Source: Octopus vulgaris
Lineage: Eukaryota
Assembly: GCA_951406725.2 (NCBI GenBank)
Contig: OX597814.1
Span: forward strand, 57,474,001-57,538,000
Length of the DNA: 64,000 nucleotides
Direction: 5' to 3'
The first letter of the stretch is position 1. Each line of letters starts with the position of its first letter. This document shows positions 1-12,290 of this stretch, one piece after another. The position numbers and the translations under genes are program-made. The notes below the pieces were generated by a model. It ran no database searches. It was not told where the DNA came from and saw nothing but the letters and a program-made list of their open reading frames with translations.

Positions 1-101
1 AAATATGTTGTTTCCTCGCAACTTCATTCCAACTGCCCCTGACTGATGTAAGAAATTACTCTTTGTTTTTTTCGTTAACTTATTTTTATTGTTATTTTTA
101 G

Positions 102-194
102 GCTGACTGGAATTCATCAGACAGTGACGTCAGTGAAGGGGAGTTAGAGAAGCGACGACGGCACCTGCTGCAGCAGCTAGAAGCTGACCAATAA
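102..194 (+). CDS. PRPF40A: Terminal coding exon of pre-mRNA processing factor 40 homolog (PRPF40A/B-like)
   Basis: Polypyrimidine tract and AG acceptor at 100-101. Translates [30 protein letters not shown], matching the recalled PRPF40A C-terminus (..[23 protein letters not shown]). Upstream exons lie outside the window. Confidence 0.88.
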   Translation, partial: [30 protein letters not shown]

Positions 195-198
195 TAAA
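193..198 (+). promoter_or_regulatory. Candidate polyadenylation signal AATAAA overlapping the stop codon
   Basis: AATAAA directly at the PRPF40 stop; the real 3' UTR may be longer. Confidence 0.25.
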
Positions 199-906
199 AC
201 AAAGCAAAAAAGAAGTGTTCTCTTTGCCAAGAACTATTTACTACAACCACACCACCACCACCACCACCACTATTACTATTTACTATTACTACTACTATTC
301 TACTACTATTCTACTACTACAACTTCTATGTTCATCACATCACATACATAAATAATAACCAGTCTGCCTCTTTGTTTCTTTTTCTTTTAATCTATCATGA
401 AGTTATTTTTTAAAATTTTAGCACCTATTATTCAAAGACATTCTAACCATGACCATCCCATCTTTTTTCTTTTCAGGCATAGCTTGTGTGTATGTGTGTG
501 CACAAAAGATCAGCTTATCCATTGTGCCTATCTTATTTAAAAAAAAAAATGCTGGGTAACTTTAGAGGGATATTGACTGCTATTTCTACACATTGAGTAA
601 CTCTCTTGAAGTTCTGTTGTTAATTTACATTTTAGTTATCTTTCTCCATGTCACCCCCTCCCCATGTATTGATTTCATCTTTTTCTTTCCCACTGATATT
701 TAATTAGCGACCAACCAACCTATCTACTTGCCTCCTGAGTTACATACCAGCTTATTTATCTACTGAATCTATCAACCAAAGCTGCTTATCTAACTTTGCT
801 GCATGATCATGGATTACTTCCAATAGTTTCCATGTGAAGATTATCTATAGCGCTTTGACATAGTTGCTCTAGGGTTGAATGTATGTGTGTGTATGTGAGT
901 GAATAC

Positions 907-1095
907 AGGCATTGCTATGTGGTTAAGATGTTTGTTTCTCAGCCATGTGGTTTTCGGTTCAATCTCATTGTGTGTGTTTATGTTCTCCTTGTCCTGACAT
1001 CTTGTGATAATTGTAAATGAATGTCACTGGTGTCATTTGTTTCAAATCTTCCATAATAACATGTCTGGCCATGGGGGAGGAAACGAATTATATCT
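907..1095 (+). mobile_element. Degenerate tRNA-derived SINE (octopus OR-like) with internal deletion
   Basis: Head ggcattgctatgtggttaagatgtttg...ttttcggttcaatctc resembles the SINE head at 26418. Confidence 0.55.
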
Positions 1096-1114
1096 GATTA
1101 ATGAAAACATGGTG

Positions 1115-1151
<37 letters not shown>

Positions 1152-1152
<1 letters not shown>

Positions 1153-1410
1153 ATCATCATCATCATCGTTTAACGTCCGTTCTCCATGCTAGCATGGGTT
1201 GGACGGTTCGACCGGGATCTGGGAAGCCAGAAGGCTGCACCAGGCTCCGGTCTTATCTGGCAATGTTTCTATAGCTGGATGCCCTTCCTAACGCCAACCA
1301 CTCCACGAGTGTAGTGGGTGCTTTTTACGTGCCACCTGCACTGGAGCCAGGCGAGGCTGGCATCGGCCACGGTCGCATTGGTGCAATTTACGTGCCACCT
1401 GCATGGAAGC
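1152..1410 (-). mobile_element. Non-autonomous retroposon with RTE-like tail ending in (GAT)n
   Basis: (CAT)n-cgtttaacgtccg-tccatgctagcatgggttggacgg...ggatgcccttcctaacgccaacc, shared with 2679-2990 and 7141-7530. Confidence 0.75.
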
Positions 1411-1489
1411 ATATATATATATACACACACACATACTAGCAGAGATACCCGGTGTTGCTTGGGATCAAAATGGCATAGTTTTTTTATTG

Positions 1490-1700
1490 TTTTACTTGTT
1501 TTTGTCATGTGACTATAGACATGCTGGAGCAGCCCTTTTAGTCGAAGAAATTGACCCCATGATTTATTCTTTGTACACCTAGTACTCATTCTATCGGAGT
1601 GTTTTGCCAAACGGCTAAGTTACAGGGTTGTAAACACAGCAACATCAGTTGTCAGGTGATGGGGGAGGGGTACAGACACACACACACACACAGATATGGA
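1490..1700 (-). mobile_element. SINE 3' half (OR-like family)
   Basis: Reverse complement matches the 3' half of the SINE at 26418-26845. Confidence 0.6.
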
Positions 1701-1718
1701 TGTGTGTGTGTGTGTGTG

Positions 1719-1765
<47 letters not shown>

Positions 1766-1790
1766 ATATTTTACAATTACTCAATAGTCA

Positions 1791-1853
1791 AGATAAAACT
1801 CTGAGTTTCAGATGCCGAAGTGGAAATCCACAACACCATCTCTTTAGTTATCT
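1791..1853 (-). ncRNA. Type I hammerhead ribozyme motif, core variant CUAAAGA (probably inactive)
   Basis: Minus strand: AGAUAA-CUAAAGA-GAUG..GUGGAUUUCCAC..CAUCU-GAAAC-UCAGA-GUU-UUAUCU. Perfect 6-bp helix I; lies in a ~170-bp unit between (TA)n tracts. Confidence 0.6.
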
Positions 1854-1957
1854 GGATTACTTACAATAGTTTCCATGTGTAGATTATTGAGGTCTCTTTC
1901 TTTCTTTTGTTATCTTACCGTTTTTACCAATATATATATATATATATACACATACAC

Positions 1958-2310
1958 ATGGTGGTTGTCTACTCCTTATGCAGAGTTTGACCACCTGTAC
2001 CTATACCTTATCACCATCATGCCATCTGATGTGGCTTTTTAAACCAGACAATGTTTTGAAAAGACACCCACATAGATTGCACGTCCAATTTGGACCGAGC
2101 CGCAGATAAGTTCTGCTATTTGTGGATCTTAAAATGTCTTTTGAGGCCTCTGTTGGATTTGCAAACCTTCTGGCATACACTGCATTCAAAGGCTGAATAG
2201 TTGGTGGAGGTTTGTTTTCCATGTGTTTGCATATGAGATTTGAGGCCAGCAAAAGACAGGCATGGCTGTCAGAAAGAGGTTATTGCCATTCACCTTCTTG
2301 AGTGTTACAT
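1958..2310 (-). mobile_element. RTE-clade 3' terminal segment with C2H2-like zinc finger and 3' UTR
   Basis: ORF 2001-2252 ends CNLCGCLFKTLSGLKSHIRWH, similar to [24 protein letters not shown] at 60240-60319; ends in a (TATG)/(TA) tract. Confidence 0.65.
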
Positions 2311-2678
2311 TCTTCCTTAGATCTCATTTGAGTCTTACTTGCATTATCCTGGCCTCTTCAAATCTGAGTGAAAGAAATCCATTTAATTTTTAAAATGCGA
2401 TGAAGGCATTTTTGGTGGAATTGTTCTAACAATTTAAAATGCCTTTCATAACAAATCCAAGTTTCACAAGAATACAACAGGGATGGTAAGACAAATGATT
2501 TGTAAAGAGCCAGTTTTGTATTTTAATTTATATGTCGCTGGCACCAAACATGTGACTCCAAGCCACCAAATGCTTTTGCTGCCCTATGAATTCGCAGCTG
2601 TATTTCTGTATCAAGATTTCCATCATTTTGAACAGAGCTTACAAGGTAGACAAACGAATTGATAACCTCAAGTAACTT

Positions 2679-2990
2679 TCATCATCATCATCATCGTTTA
2701 GCGTCAATTTTCCATGCTAGCATGGGTTGGACGGTTCTACTGGGGTCTGTGAAGCCAGAAGGCTTCATCAGGCCCAGTCAAATCTGGCAGTGTTTCTATG
2801 GCTGGATGCCCTTCCTAACGCCAACCACTCCGTGAGTGTAGTGGGTGCTTTTTACGTGCCACCCGCACAGGTGCCAGACAGAGCTGGCAAACGGCCACGA
2901 ACGGATGGTGCTTTTTATGTGCCACCGGCACAAGGGCCAGGCGAGGCTGGCAACGGACACGAAACGGGGCGGTGCTGGCAACGGTCGTTA
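2679..2990 (-). mobile_element. RTE-tail non-autonomous retroposon inserted into the LINE
   Basis: Same family as 1152-1410; splits the RT coding region. Confidence 0.75.
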
Positions 2991-3078
2991 ACAAAAATTT
3001 TAGTGGGGTTACAAACAGCATTAACATGCAGGTTGATGCATTACAACAGTTTTTTTTCAAGTTGATGATCAAGTCAAG

Positions 3079-3927
3079 TCAAATGCAGAGATTGCAGACC
3101 TGTTTCAGAATGACTGATAAAATCACATTCATCAGCATACAAAGGTTCCCTAATGAGTGAAGTAAAACCATCGTTTTGAATTTCAGTCTGGTCAGGTTAA
3201 GAACATTCCCTGTTGTTCGATATTTTATGTAAATATCCTCCTCAGAGTTTTGAAAAGCATGTGACAACACAACAGCAAAGTATATTGCAAAGAGGGTGGG
3301 TGCTTCAAGGTCACCTTGCTTAACTCCATTTTCCACAGCAAAATAAGTAGAGAGCCTACCACCAAAATTAACTCTAGCTTTCATATCATGATGCAAAGCC
3401 CTGATCACGTTTACAAATTTTTCTGGGCAGCCTATTTTCCTTAGAATTAGCCACAAAGCATTTCGATTAACAGTATTGAATGCTTTGGTCAAATCAACAA
3501 AGCAGTGGTATAGAGTAAGATTCTGTTCAATGTACTTTTCTTGTAATTGTCTGACAATAAAGATACAACCAGCTGTGCTCCTGGAGGAATGAAAGCCACA
3601 CTGAGACACTATATTTGCAACTATTAAGGTATTTAAATGTTCTAACAAAATGCGGGCAAGTACCTTCCCAAAATGCGAAATCCCACAAAAATTACCACAC
3701 AGATCCTTTGGCCCCGAGTTATACAAGGAGACTAAAATGGCATCAATCCAGTCTTGAGGTACTTTCTCAGTTCTCCAACAGTGACAACTTAGTATATTTA
3801 AGAGTTCAAATTTGTCACCCCCATATTTCAAGACTTCTGCACAGATTCCACCAGACTCTGGGGACTTATTATTATTCAGCTTATTCACAGCTAAATTAAT
3901 GTTGTTTAAAGTTGGTTCAAATGCCAT
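3079..3927 (-). pseudogene. RTE reverse transcriptase remnant ORF
   Basis: 282-aa ORF with non-LTR RT motifs; the catalytic FADD region is frameshifted. Confidence 0.85.
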
Positions 3928-4376
3928 CTCTTCCTATAACTGGTAGGTGTTCCATTTTTTTTCTATTGTCCTGATGTCAACGGATGATTGTTTATTCAAA
4001 AGTGCAGAAAAATGTTCTACCCAATGCTTATGAATAGAAGTAGTGTCAGTCAGAAGAAAACGTCCATTTGTTGTTCTCATTAGAGCTATTGAAGAAGATT
4101 TTGGACCATATACCTCCTTAACATCAGAGTACAAACCCTTGGCATCATTTCTATCAGCTGCTTCTTGTGCCCCTTTTGCTCTATCATTCCACCATTCCTG
4201 TTTAATTTTCCTTAGAGCAGTCTGCACTTATCCTTTCAGCTTTCTGTAAGCTTTGTTAGAGTTGGGGTTCAAGGACTGAGAAAGAAGTGTATTGCCTAAG
4301 TTTTGTTTTTCTAAAATTAGATCATGAATTTCTGCTGATCTATCTGACTACCAGTCACTGGACGTATGTGATTTAA

Positions 4377-4597
4377 CCCTTTAGCATTTAAACCGGCCAT
4401 ATCCGGCCAAAAGTATTCTGCCTGTTTTATGTTCAAAGTGGCCAGATCTGGTCTCTCACACCAACCCTACAATATCATTTTAAAAATTAACAGCTACCAC
4501 ATCAAAATCTCAAAGCTACAAGATAATGCATGATTAGTTCAAAGCAATTTGGATAAAGAAGTATTAATTTTGGCAGAATAATGTGAACACTAAAGGG
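4377..4597. mobile_element. piggyBac-type MITE (TTAA TSD) inserted in the RTE LINE
   Basis: TTAA(4373-4376)-CCCTTTAG...CTAAAGGG-TTAA(4598-4601); second copy at 40159-40377. Confidence 0.85.
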
Positions 4598-6129
4598 TTA
4601 AATCCCACTGATGAACTTGCAACCTGAAATACTTTTGTTTTGAAATCTTCCTATAGATTGTTTGGGTCAAGATTGATATTTCCTATAGCATCATGGAATC
4701 ATTGCAAGTTGCTTGATAATTTAAAGTTTGCAACATTTAACTTTTTGGGTACCTTAAGACCATACTGTCGATTTTTAGGCATTATCGAAAAATCTATTTT
4801 TCCATGCACTAGATGATGGTCACTTCAGCTTTCTGCCCCTCTCATGGTCCAAACGCTAGAAACGTCTTTCATATCACATTTTCTGATCAGAATATAATCT
4901 ATGAGATGCCAGTGCTTAGATCTTTGGTGTATCCAGGTGGTTTTATATTTATTTTTCTGCTTAAAAAGAGTGTTGGTGACAACCAGATTATTCTCAGTAC
5001 AAAACATCAAACGAGCTACTCCATTTTTACTGCATTTTCCAATCCCATGTTGACCTAAAAAAAGGTCATGAAACATAGTCCTTTCCAACTCTTGCAGTGA
5101 AATCTCCCAATATGACCAGATTGTCAGAAATTGGTACTTTCCTCAATAATTGTGCTAGGTCATCATAAAACTGTCCTACAGTTTCATCAGAATGGAACAT
5201 TGTTGGTGCATAAATACTGACAACGGTAAGAAACTTACTTTTTGTCAGTTTAATATGGCATGACATGATCCATTCAGATATGCCACTTGGAAGCTCTGCA
5301 ATGGAGGATACTAATGTTTTCTTGAGACAAGCCTAACACCAAATTCTCAATGCTGACCCTTAGGTAGGCATCTCCAAAAGATAGTATATCCATAAGTAGG
5401 TTCATTTACTTGACCCTCACTAGAGAGATGAGTTTCAGAGAGCGCAACTATATTGGGAATATTTCCTAAGCTTACATGCAATAAGTGCAGTACGCTTTTC
5501 TGGTCTCTTGTTGAAATTATCATCAAGAAGTGTGTGCACATTCCAACAACCAAAATTCAAAAGATGTTTATTCTTACTTTTTCTTGAAGATTGTTTGACC
5601 ACAGTGGCAGGATGACGACTGGGCCCAGCCTGTGATATACTGGGACACCTGCTGAGCCAGACCTGTTCCCCTGACGTTCCCAAGCCTTTTTGCCATTTAC
5701 TGAATCTGTTTGAGACATTTTAGAGTAAGTTACAAGTGCATTTTTAGGTTTCTGCCAACTAACTAATTCAATGATTTTTACCAAGATTTGGAGTACATGA
5801 AGTACCTGTGCAGATGAGTAATTTTCAGTGAGTGTAACTTGCACTGCACTACCCCCACCTATTGGCCCAAGAAGACTTTTGCCGATGTGACATGAAAATT
5901 GACACAAAACCAGGAACTTCCAACGCCTTAGGTTTTATTTCAGAGATTTCCTTCTAGGTAGATTACCAACCAAGGTTAAAAAGCTTCTACCTGCCCATGA
6001 GGTAAGCTATCCCATTCCAGACACCAAACTGACACTCAAACACTCTATAAAGTGATCAAAAATCACTCCAGTGATCAACATGGAGTAGCTCATTCATAAA
6101 AAGAAAAAAAAAAGGTACGATATGTGATT

Positions 6130-7135
6130 TGCTAATGTAAATAAGAGTTATATATAAATATAAAAAACTAAAAGTTATGCAATAAATATAAATATGTTTA
6201 TAAAACTAAAACGTATACATATAAAAAAAGAAAAAAGGTATGCTGTGTGAATAAGAATTACATATAAATAATATTGTATAAAGAAAAGTAAAAGATATAA
6301 AGTGATATATACAAAAAGGGACAACAAAACATCTTGATAGACGATACAAAGAAAACAAGGAAGGGTCATTCGAAATTTTCTTTCCTCAGTCAAGCATCAG
6401 ATTATCCTGACAATTTCGGCTGATTATTCTTGAGATTGCTCCAATCTGGCCAGCCCCAAGGAAAAAGTAAGCTAAGAGCATTAGATTCCTTAGAAAAAAG
6501 CAGTGAATGTATACAAAAACAAGGACGGAGAAAAACGGACAATGTTACACAAATATAAATACAATAGAAATAACTACAGGTGTCTTTCGACTTTAAGGAC
6601 GAATTGAATTAAACTGGCGCGTGTGGAAATGAAGCCTTACGGCAGAGATACAAAGTTTTCACAAACACGGAAGAATATCGATGTTGCACGCACAATGGTC
6701 AGACCAAGAAAGAAAGAACAGGCTTGGCCGAACGGCGTCACGTGGTAAGAGAAGAGAGAAAAGTAGAAGCAGAGAGAGAAGTATTAAGGAGGAGCGAGAA
6801 AAAATGACATGGGCACAGTGAAGTGAAAAGTGGAGGGAAAGTGAGTAAGAAGAGAAGGCAAAGAAATGTGAGAGAGGGGGAACGAAAGAACGAAGATTGG
6901 AATGAACGAATAAGCGTGAACGGGTTGATAGAAAGAGAGTCGGTGTGCATTCAAAACAATGATTAGTAAATTTCACAAAACCGGTATGCTTTTGAATGTC
7001 TTTAACAATTCACAATAATAACTTTTATTACTTTTTTTCCTACCTCAGTTCATCTAATTGTATATAAAAAGCCTTTACTTTTTTTTGATTTCCAATGTAC
7101 ATTTTCGCTTATTTTTCTTATTAATTTCCCATATA
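6130..7135 (-). mobile_element. Penelope-like non-coding repeat; 6330-6880 is homologous to 35330-35835
   Basis: Shared blocks gagattgctccaatctggccagccccaagg, caggtgtctttcgact, gtggaaatgaagccttac; flanked by TA-rich sequence. Penelope assignment is inference. Confidence 0.55.
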
Positions 7136-7140
7136 TATAT

Positions 7141-7530
7141 GTCATTTAACGTCCGATTTCCATGATGGCATGAGTTGGACGGTTTGACTGGGGACTGGTG
7201 AGCCAGAGGCTGCACCAGGCTCAATCTGATCTGGCAAAGTTTCTACAGATGGATGCCCTTCCTAACGCCAGCCACTCCGAGTGTAGTGGGCATTTTTGCG
7301 TGCCACCGGCACCGGGGTGAATCAGGTGGTTCTGGCAACAATCACGCTCAAAAGGTGTTTTTTACGTGCTACCTACCCGGGAGCCAGTAACGACCACGCT
7401 CGAATGTTTTTCACGTGCCAACGGCACATGTACCGGTAAGACGACGCTGGCAAAGATCACACTCGAATGGTGCTTTTCACGTGTCACCGGCACGGGAGCC
7501 AATCCGTGGCCCTAGCAACGATCACGGAAA
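7141..7530 (-). mobile_element. RTE-tail retroposon with internal ~50-bp tandem units
   Basis: Same family as 1152; about 5 degenerate copies of (gtgc)tttt(t)acgtgccaccggcac..ggcaacgatcacgctcgaa. Confidence 0.7.
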
Positions 7531-8039
7531 ATCATTTTATATACCTATACATATATATGTATGCATAGGTATATATTATTTATAAAGTAAAGACCTGGAG
7601 AAGTGCCCAGTACGTAGGTCTGTCCACCAGCCTTTCCTAATCTGGGGTTTCCACGGTATGCAACCTTCTCTTCAGACAAGCCCAGACTGGCAAAGAAACA
7701 CATTTCATCAGTCTGGCAGAAGTAGCGTGGGAAAAAAAATGTATGTATTAGTGCAAAAGTATTGATGACACATAGAAGCGCCCATGAATGAAGGGCAGTG
7801 GGGAAGGAAATGGTTCAACATGTGCTTACATACAAACACACCTACATACCGATGTACATATGCATCTCTGGTCAGTCTTTTGTTACCTGTTATCATTTCA
7901 CCTCATTGACCTTAAAACAGGTAAAGACAGACTGACTGCAGTGTTTGTGTGGTTTTATGCATGCTTTTGAATTGCATCTGCGTAACCCCTCCCCTAAAGA
8001 AGTGGCTTCCCATCACTGGAACTCGTAAAAAAAAATTTT

Positions 8040-8800
8040 CTTGACTCCTATGACATGCAAGCCGTAAGCAGGTATACTTTCAGCAAAGTGAGGGTTAGCA
8101 GTAATTTCAGCAAGGAATATAGTGTACAAATAGGTGTCCACCACAGTGTTCATTTCTCAGCCATCTCTTTCTTTATAGTTTATCTGGGCCATAACAGAAT
8201 TTTGCGACAAGCTGTCCATGGAAACAACAATGTCCCTGTTGATAACTAAGTCCTCTTAGCTCAATCTGTTCGAAATTTACAGAAATTCGAAAAGTTGAAG
8301 CAAAATCTAGAATCGAGCGATTTTAATGCAAGTCTACAAAAGTTGCAGGAAGATGGTAGACAAGAATCTGTAGTTATCTGGGGAAGTGGCCACACTTGAA
8401 AAAGAATATGTAGAAATTCTACATAGTGTATCCGATATAAACTACGCGCGCCCAAGATTTGTAGTGCAATTATCAGGTTGAGCTGACAGAGCATAAACTT
8501 CGTATGTAGCATGTGCACGAGTAATTAATAATAGGAGGAACTTAAGAATATACTCTTTCAAATGCTTGGAAAGCTCCCTAATAGTAACGAGCCCATGAAA
8601 AGCATGAGCAATGAATGAAGAACAAGTGTGACAATTAAAAAGATGAAACACGTATTCAGCAGGATTTGTAATGTTAGTATGAATAATGAAAGAAATGACC
8701 AGGGAAAGAAACTGAGTATAAGTGGAGTTAGATGAAACATGTTAGGGAGAAGATACGGTGCGGATAGATGATCCTTAAGATTAAAAAATGAATAATAATA
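8040..8800 (+). pseudogene. Highly degraded RTE-like RT fragment
   Basis: KVRVSSNFSKEYSVQIGVHH..FFIV resembles VRV..SEEF.V.VGVHQGS.LSPLLF; downstream KQNLES and later RT-tail-like words. Confidence 0.55.
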
Positions 8801-9251
8801 CAAGTGGGAGGAACTTGGGGAGAAGAGAGACCAGGATAAAATGTGAGAGATGAGTTCAATGAAGATAAAATATTGCAATAAGTGGCGAGTTTCTGTGCAA
8901 TGAACAGCTAAGGATTATTTTGTTTTAAAGGGTTTGGAGTCAGTTTGATCCACAACTGTTCAACACATTTGGTCTGCTGTCATTGCAACTATTATTGTAT
9001 AACTGGAGTGATGGGAGCAGCAGTTTGGAGAGTGCCTTACTGTATTTAGTTATGTCCCTGTATCGTATCAAACGATCAATGTTTCTGTCTTGTAATAGGA
9101 AGGGTAATTTAATCTACTGTATCAAATGTTGTATACATTCAGTTGTTGAGATTGTGCTAGGGATTTGTACGACAAAAACTTTACAAATTGAGGTGTGAAT
9201 GAGAGCTGAACATAACAGATGTATGTTCTTAAATGGGTTCTGTTATTTAAT

Positions 9252-9286
<35 letters not shown>

Positions 9287-10142
9287 AAAGAGCGAGACAT
9301 CATGTACTGATGATTAATCTCTTTCATTGACTAATATTTCAATACATACATACAATCATACATACATACAGCCTCTTTAATGCTGATACCACAAAAAATG
9401 TACAATTGTACACTCAAAGTGGTTGAAGGGAATCTATCCATTCGTAGAAATCATGCGAAAACTGACATTTCAGCCAGTCTTATCAATCTTGTCAAAACGT
9501 CCAGCTCATGCTAGCATGGAAAGTGGACGTACAATAATGCTGATCTCATCTCCACAGATATTTTATTTTATCATTCACTCAGGGAAGAAGGGCAGCGCAC
9601 ATTCGCTTTTATTTTGTCACTGCCTTCAAGACAACGAGTTACTCTCAAACTGGAGCCCTAGTCTCAATGCATGTAACAACATGAACACCCAAAGTAGTAG
9701 ATGATGATGCCAAAAAGGACGGCGGATTAAGTCTACACCCAAGAATTCGAACGCAAAAAACCAGAACAAATGCCATAGGGCATCTCGTCCTACACTAACA
9801 ATTTCACAATTTCGCTGCCCTAGACTGGCACATTATTTTACCGACTCTGAAAGGACGAAAGACAAATTTGATTTCAACCAGATTTGAACGCCATGCTCAA
9901 GAGGCAGAAACAAATACCTGAAAATGTTATGTCCTTTGCTCTAACAACTTTACCTATTAACTGGGGCTAAATCTAGCACTTTTTATTGATAAAGAGTGAC
10001 TTATTGTAGTCAAATTCTTTGGTACTATATAATAAAAGTTGTTTTGTGTCATCTTAAATTTTTCATGTTTGCATAGTCGAAATAATTTTGATTGGCACAT
10101 TTGTTTTTAAAAGCTGGGAGTATATTCTGTTTGGGGAACGAA

Positions 10143-10145
<3 letters not shown>

Positions 10146-10201
<56 letters not shown>
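10146..10201. repeat. (AG)n microsatellite
   Basis: Direct observation. Confidence 0.98.
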
Positions 10202-10202
<1 letters not shown>

Positions 10203-11666
10203 GTGCTTTGCTTTCCACTAATAGTAATATTAAAATTTAAACTACTAAAATTACTGGTAGTAAAAGTAAACTTCAAGTTGATAACCGTGTGGTCAGTAAA
10301 ACTATATCTTAATCTCAGATATACTTAACAGACATTTATCACTTGTAGATCGAAAGCTTTTTTCTTATTTTAAATCTTTATGTTCATATCAGCAAAAGCT
10401 ATTGAAATGTAAACATGAAACTGATGACTTCAAGAACTTGTGTATAAGATCAACAATAGATGTTTCATTTAATTCTTGAAAATTTTATCATTTAGAGGCT
10501 TGGATTCTGTTTCCTTCAATGATTTTAATATGATTTTAAACGTGATTGACTTGACTCCGTCACGTTAAATCATTGTTATCACCAGTATAATGGCCATTTA
10601 AAGTGAATAAATGGTTTCCTCGTGTGATATAAGTATTTTATTTCACGTTTAGAAAGTATTTTAATAGTTAACAAGAAAATATAAGTTTACTTTTGTGTGT
10701 TATTTCATTTAAATCGCTATTGGACACCACACGGGCATACATAGTGATAAATGATCTCTAAACTTAAGTCAGATGTTTGATGTAAATCATAAAGTATGCA
10801 TCGCTGAAAACGAGTTATTCAAGATTGAGAATACTTAAACTGCTTTTAGATTTAAAAAAAAAGACTTCGTAGATTTTAAGGCCACATTTACACAGTCTCT
10901 GTCTGTCTGTCTGTCTGTCTTTCTTTCTCTCTCTCCCTCTCTCTAACACGTACTTTGTCTCGACTCTTGTTAAGGAGTTGATCAGAAGAAAAAGTTCTTG
11001 TATAGCATAAAATAAAATCTAGTCAAAGAAAGAATGAATTTAAAAGAAAATTTAATGAAAGAAAAAAATGGCTTTTTACATTTGGGCTTTGATAATTTTC
11101 ACTGATGCTATCAACTCTTTATTTCTAACTTTGAAGAGAAATTCTGAAATAAAATGGCAGAAGCTGTATTTGAAACGTGTATCAAGTTTAAACGTTCGTA
11201 TGTTTCATTATTGTTTCTTACTCGGTCTTGTTTTATTAATAGTTTCGATTATTTTGATTTCATTTCTTTCTTGTTTCTTTTAGAATCATTTGTGTAGAAT
11301 AAGGAGTTATATATAAAAAAAGAGCAGAGTGAGAAGAGAAGGAAAAGATAATGGTTTCAAAATGGGGAGTTAATTTCTGTTTCGAATAAATTGCTAACTC
11401 CAAGAATTGTATGAATCAAGTTGCGTTGTTCCCTGGATATAATTGGTTCATGACCTCGGAGTGCTCGCACGGGTCATTAAAATAGAGCTGTGTTTGTGTA
11501 ATAATGATTTGAAGGGGAAATAAGTGAATGTTTTTTTGGGTAAAATCAGGGGACAGTTCAGTTTTTGTAACATAAATCGCTATTGCGATATTGGACGAGG
11601 CAGCTCCTCCGAGAGGTCAACCGTTTTTATCTTGCTGCTGATAAATGCGCTGTGACTCGCCTAGAC

Positions 11667-11850
11667 CAATGCTCCACAACCGATATACTGCGGCACACTG
11701 GTGTGCCATGAGACGATGCTAGGTGTGCTGCAGTGTAACTCGAAAATAATTTTTTCCCTATACTTTTAGTGATATTTTTAGTTGAGGTGTGCTGCTGAAT
11801 TTTGAAAAGAATATGTATACCGCAAGTGGAAAAAAGGTTGCCGATCACGG
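11667..11850. mobile_element. hAT (Charlie-like) MITE with 8-bp TSD
   Basis: GCCTAGAC at 11659-11666 and 11851-11858; imperfect TIRs caatgctccacaacc / ggttgccgatcacgg; internal gtgtgc(c/t)g subterminal motifs. Confidence 0.8.
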
Positions 11851-11994
11851 GCCTAGACAGATATGGAGTTCACCAATGTATACGCAGTCGCCCGAGAGAA
11901 ACATAAAGGGGATAGTTAAAAGAAATATGATGAAATGTCAGTGCGTAAGATCATAAATCAGTCAAACTTAACGAAGATCAGTTAAGTAATGAAA

Positions 11995-12290
11995 GCGGCA
12001 TGGTCGAATGGTTAAGAAATCCCGAGTTCGATCTCACTACATGGCATCTTGAGCAAGTGTCATTTTAAAAAAAAATCCATAGCCGAAGTCCTGTAAGTGA
12101 AATTGAGTTGACGCAAACTGCGCGGAAGCCTGTCTGATGGATTTTACTTGTAATTCAAAAGTCACGTGAAGGATATATGTTTCTGGAATACTCAGTTACT
12201 TATATGCTAATTCAATGAGTCGGTAGTTCATTTCATCAAACAACTGAATACTCAATGTTGAAATCGATGGAGATCCATTAATTTACCGAC
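11995..12290 (+). mobile_element. Old tRNA-derived SINE
   Basis: A/B-box-like head ggcatggtcgaatggttaag..gagttcgatctcac, then ggcatcttgagcaagtgt. Confidence 0.55.

Larger units (their letters stand above)
2340..6050 (-). mobile_element. Decayed near-full-length RTE-clade LINE (APE endonuclease + reverse transcriptase), interrupted by two insertions
   Basis: APE motifs (GCWNVHTL, DIVALSETH-like, SIYAPT, ILGDFTARVG, HLIDYILIR). RT motifs (SQCGF, FVDLTKAFNTV, GVKQGD). C-terminal RT region at 2340-2680 (LPSLLYSCETW, LEQFHQKCLHRIL). Many stops and frameshifts. Confidence 0.92.

Noticed and set aside
4605-4640. CUGAUGA...GAAA
   Set aside because: Inside antisense LINE coding sequence; no helices.
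6400-6470. Minus-strand GGCUG..CAGCC-GAAA-UU-GUC-AGGA hammerhead-like topology (also ~35400-35460)
   Set aside because: No CUGANGA core in either copy; at most a decayed relic.
7280-7530. Repeat-spacer-like units resembling a CRISPR array
   Set aside because: Degenerate internal tandem repeats of a dispersed eukaryotic retroposon; spacers resemble each other; no cas genes.
7640-7695. Minus-strand CUGAAGA..GAAAC with a UCUGGG/CCCAGA stem
   Set aside because: No helix I and no correctly placed NUH.
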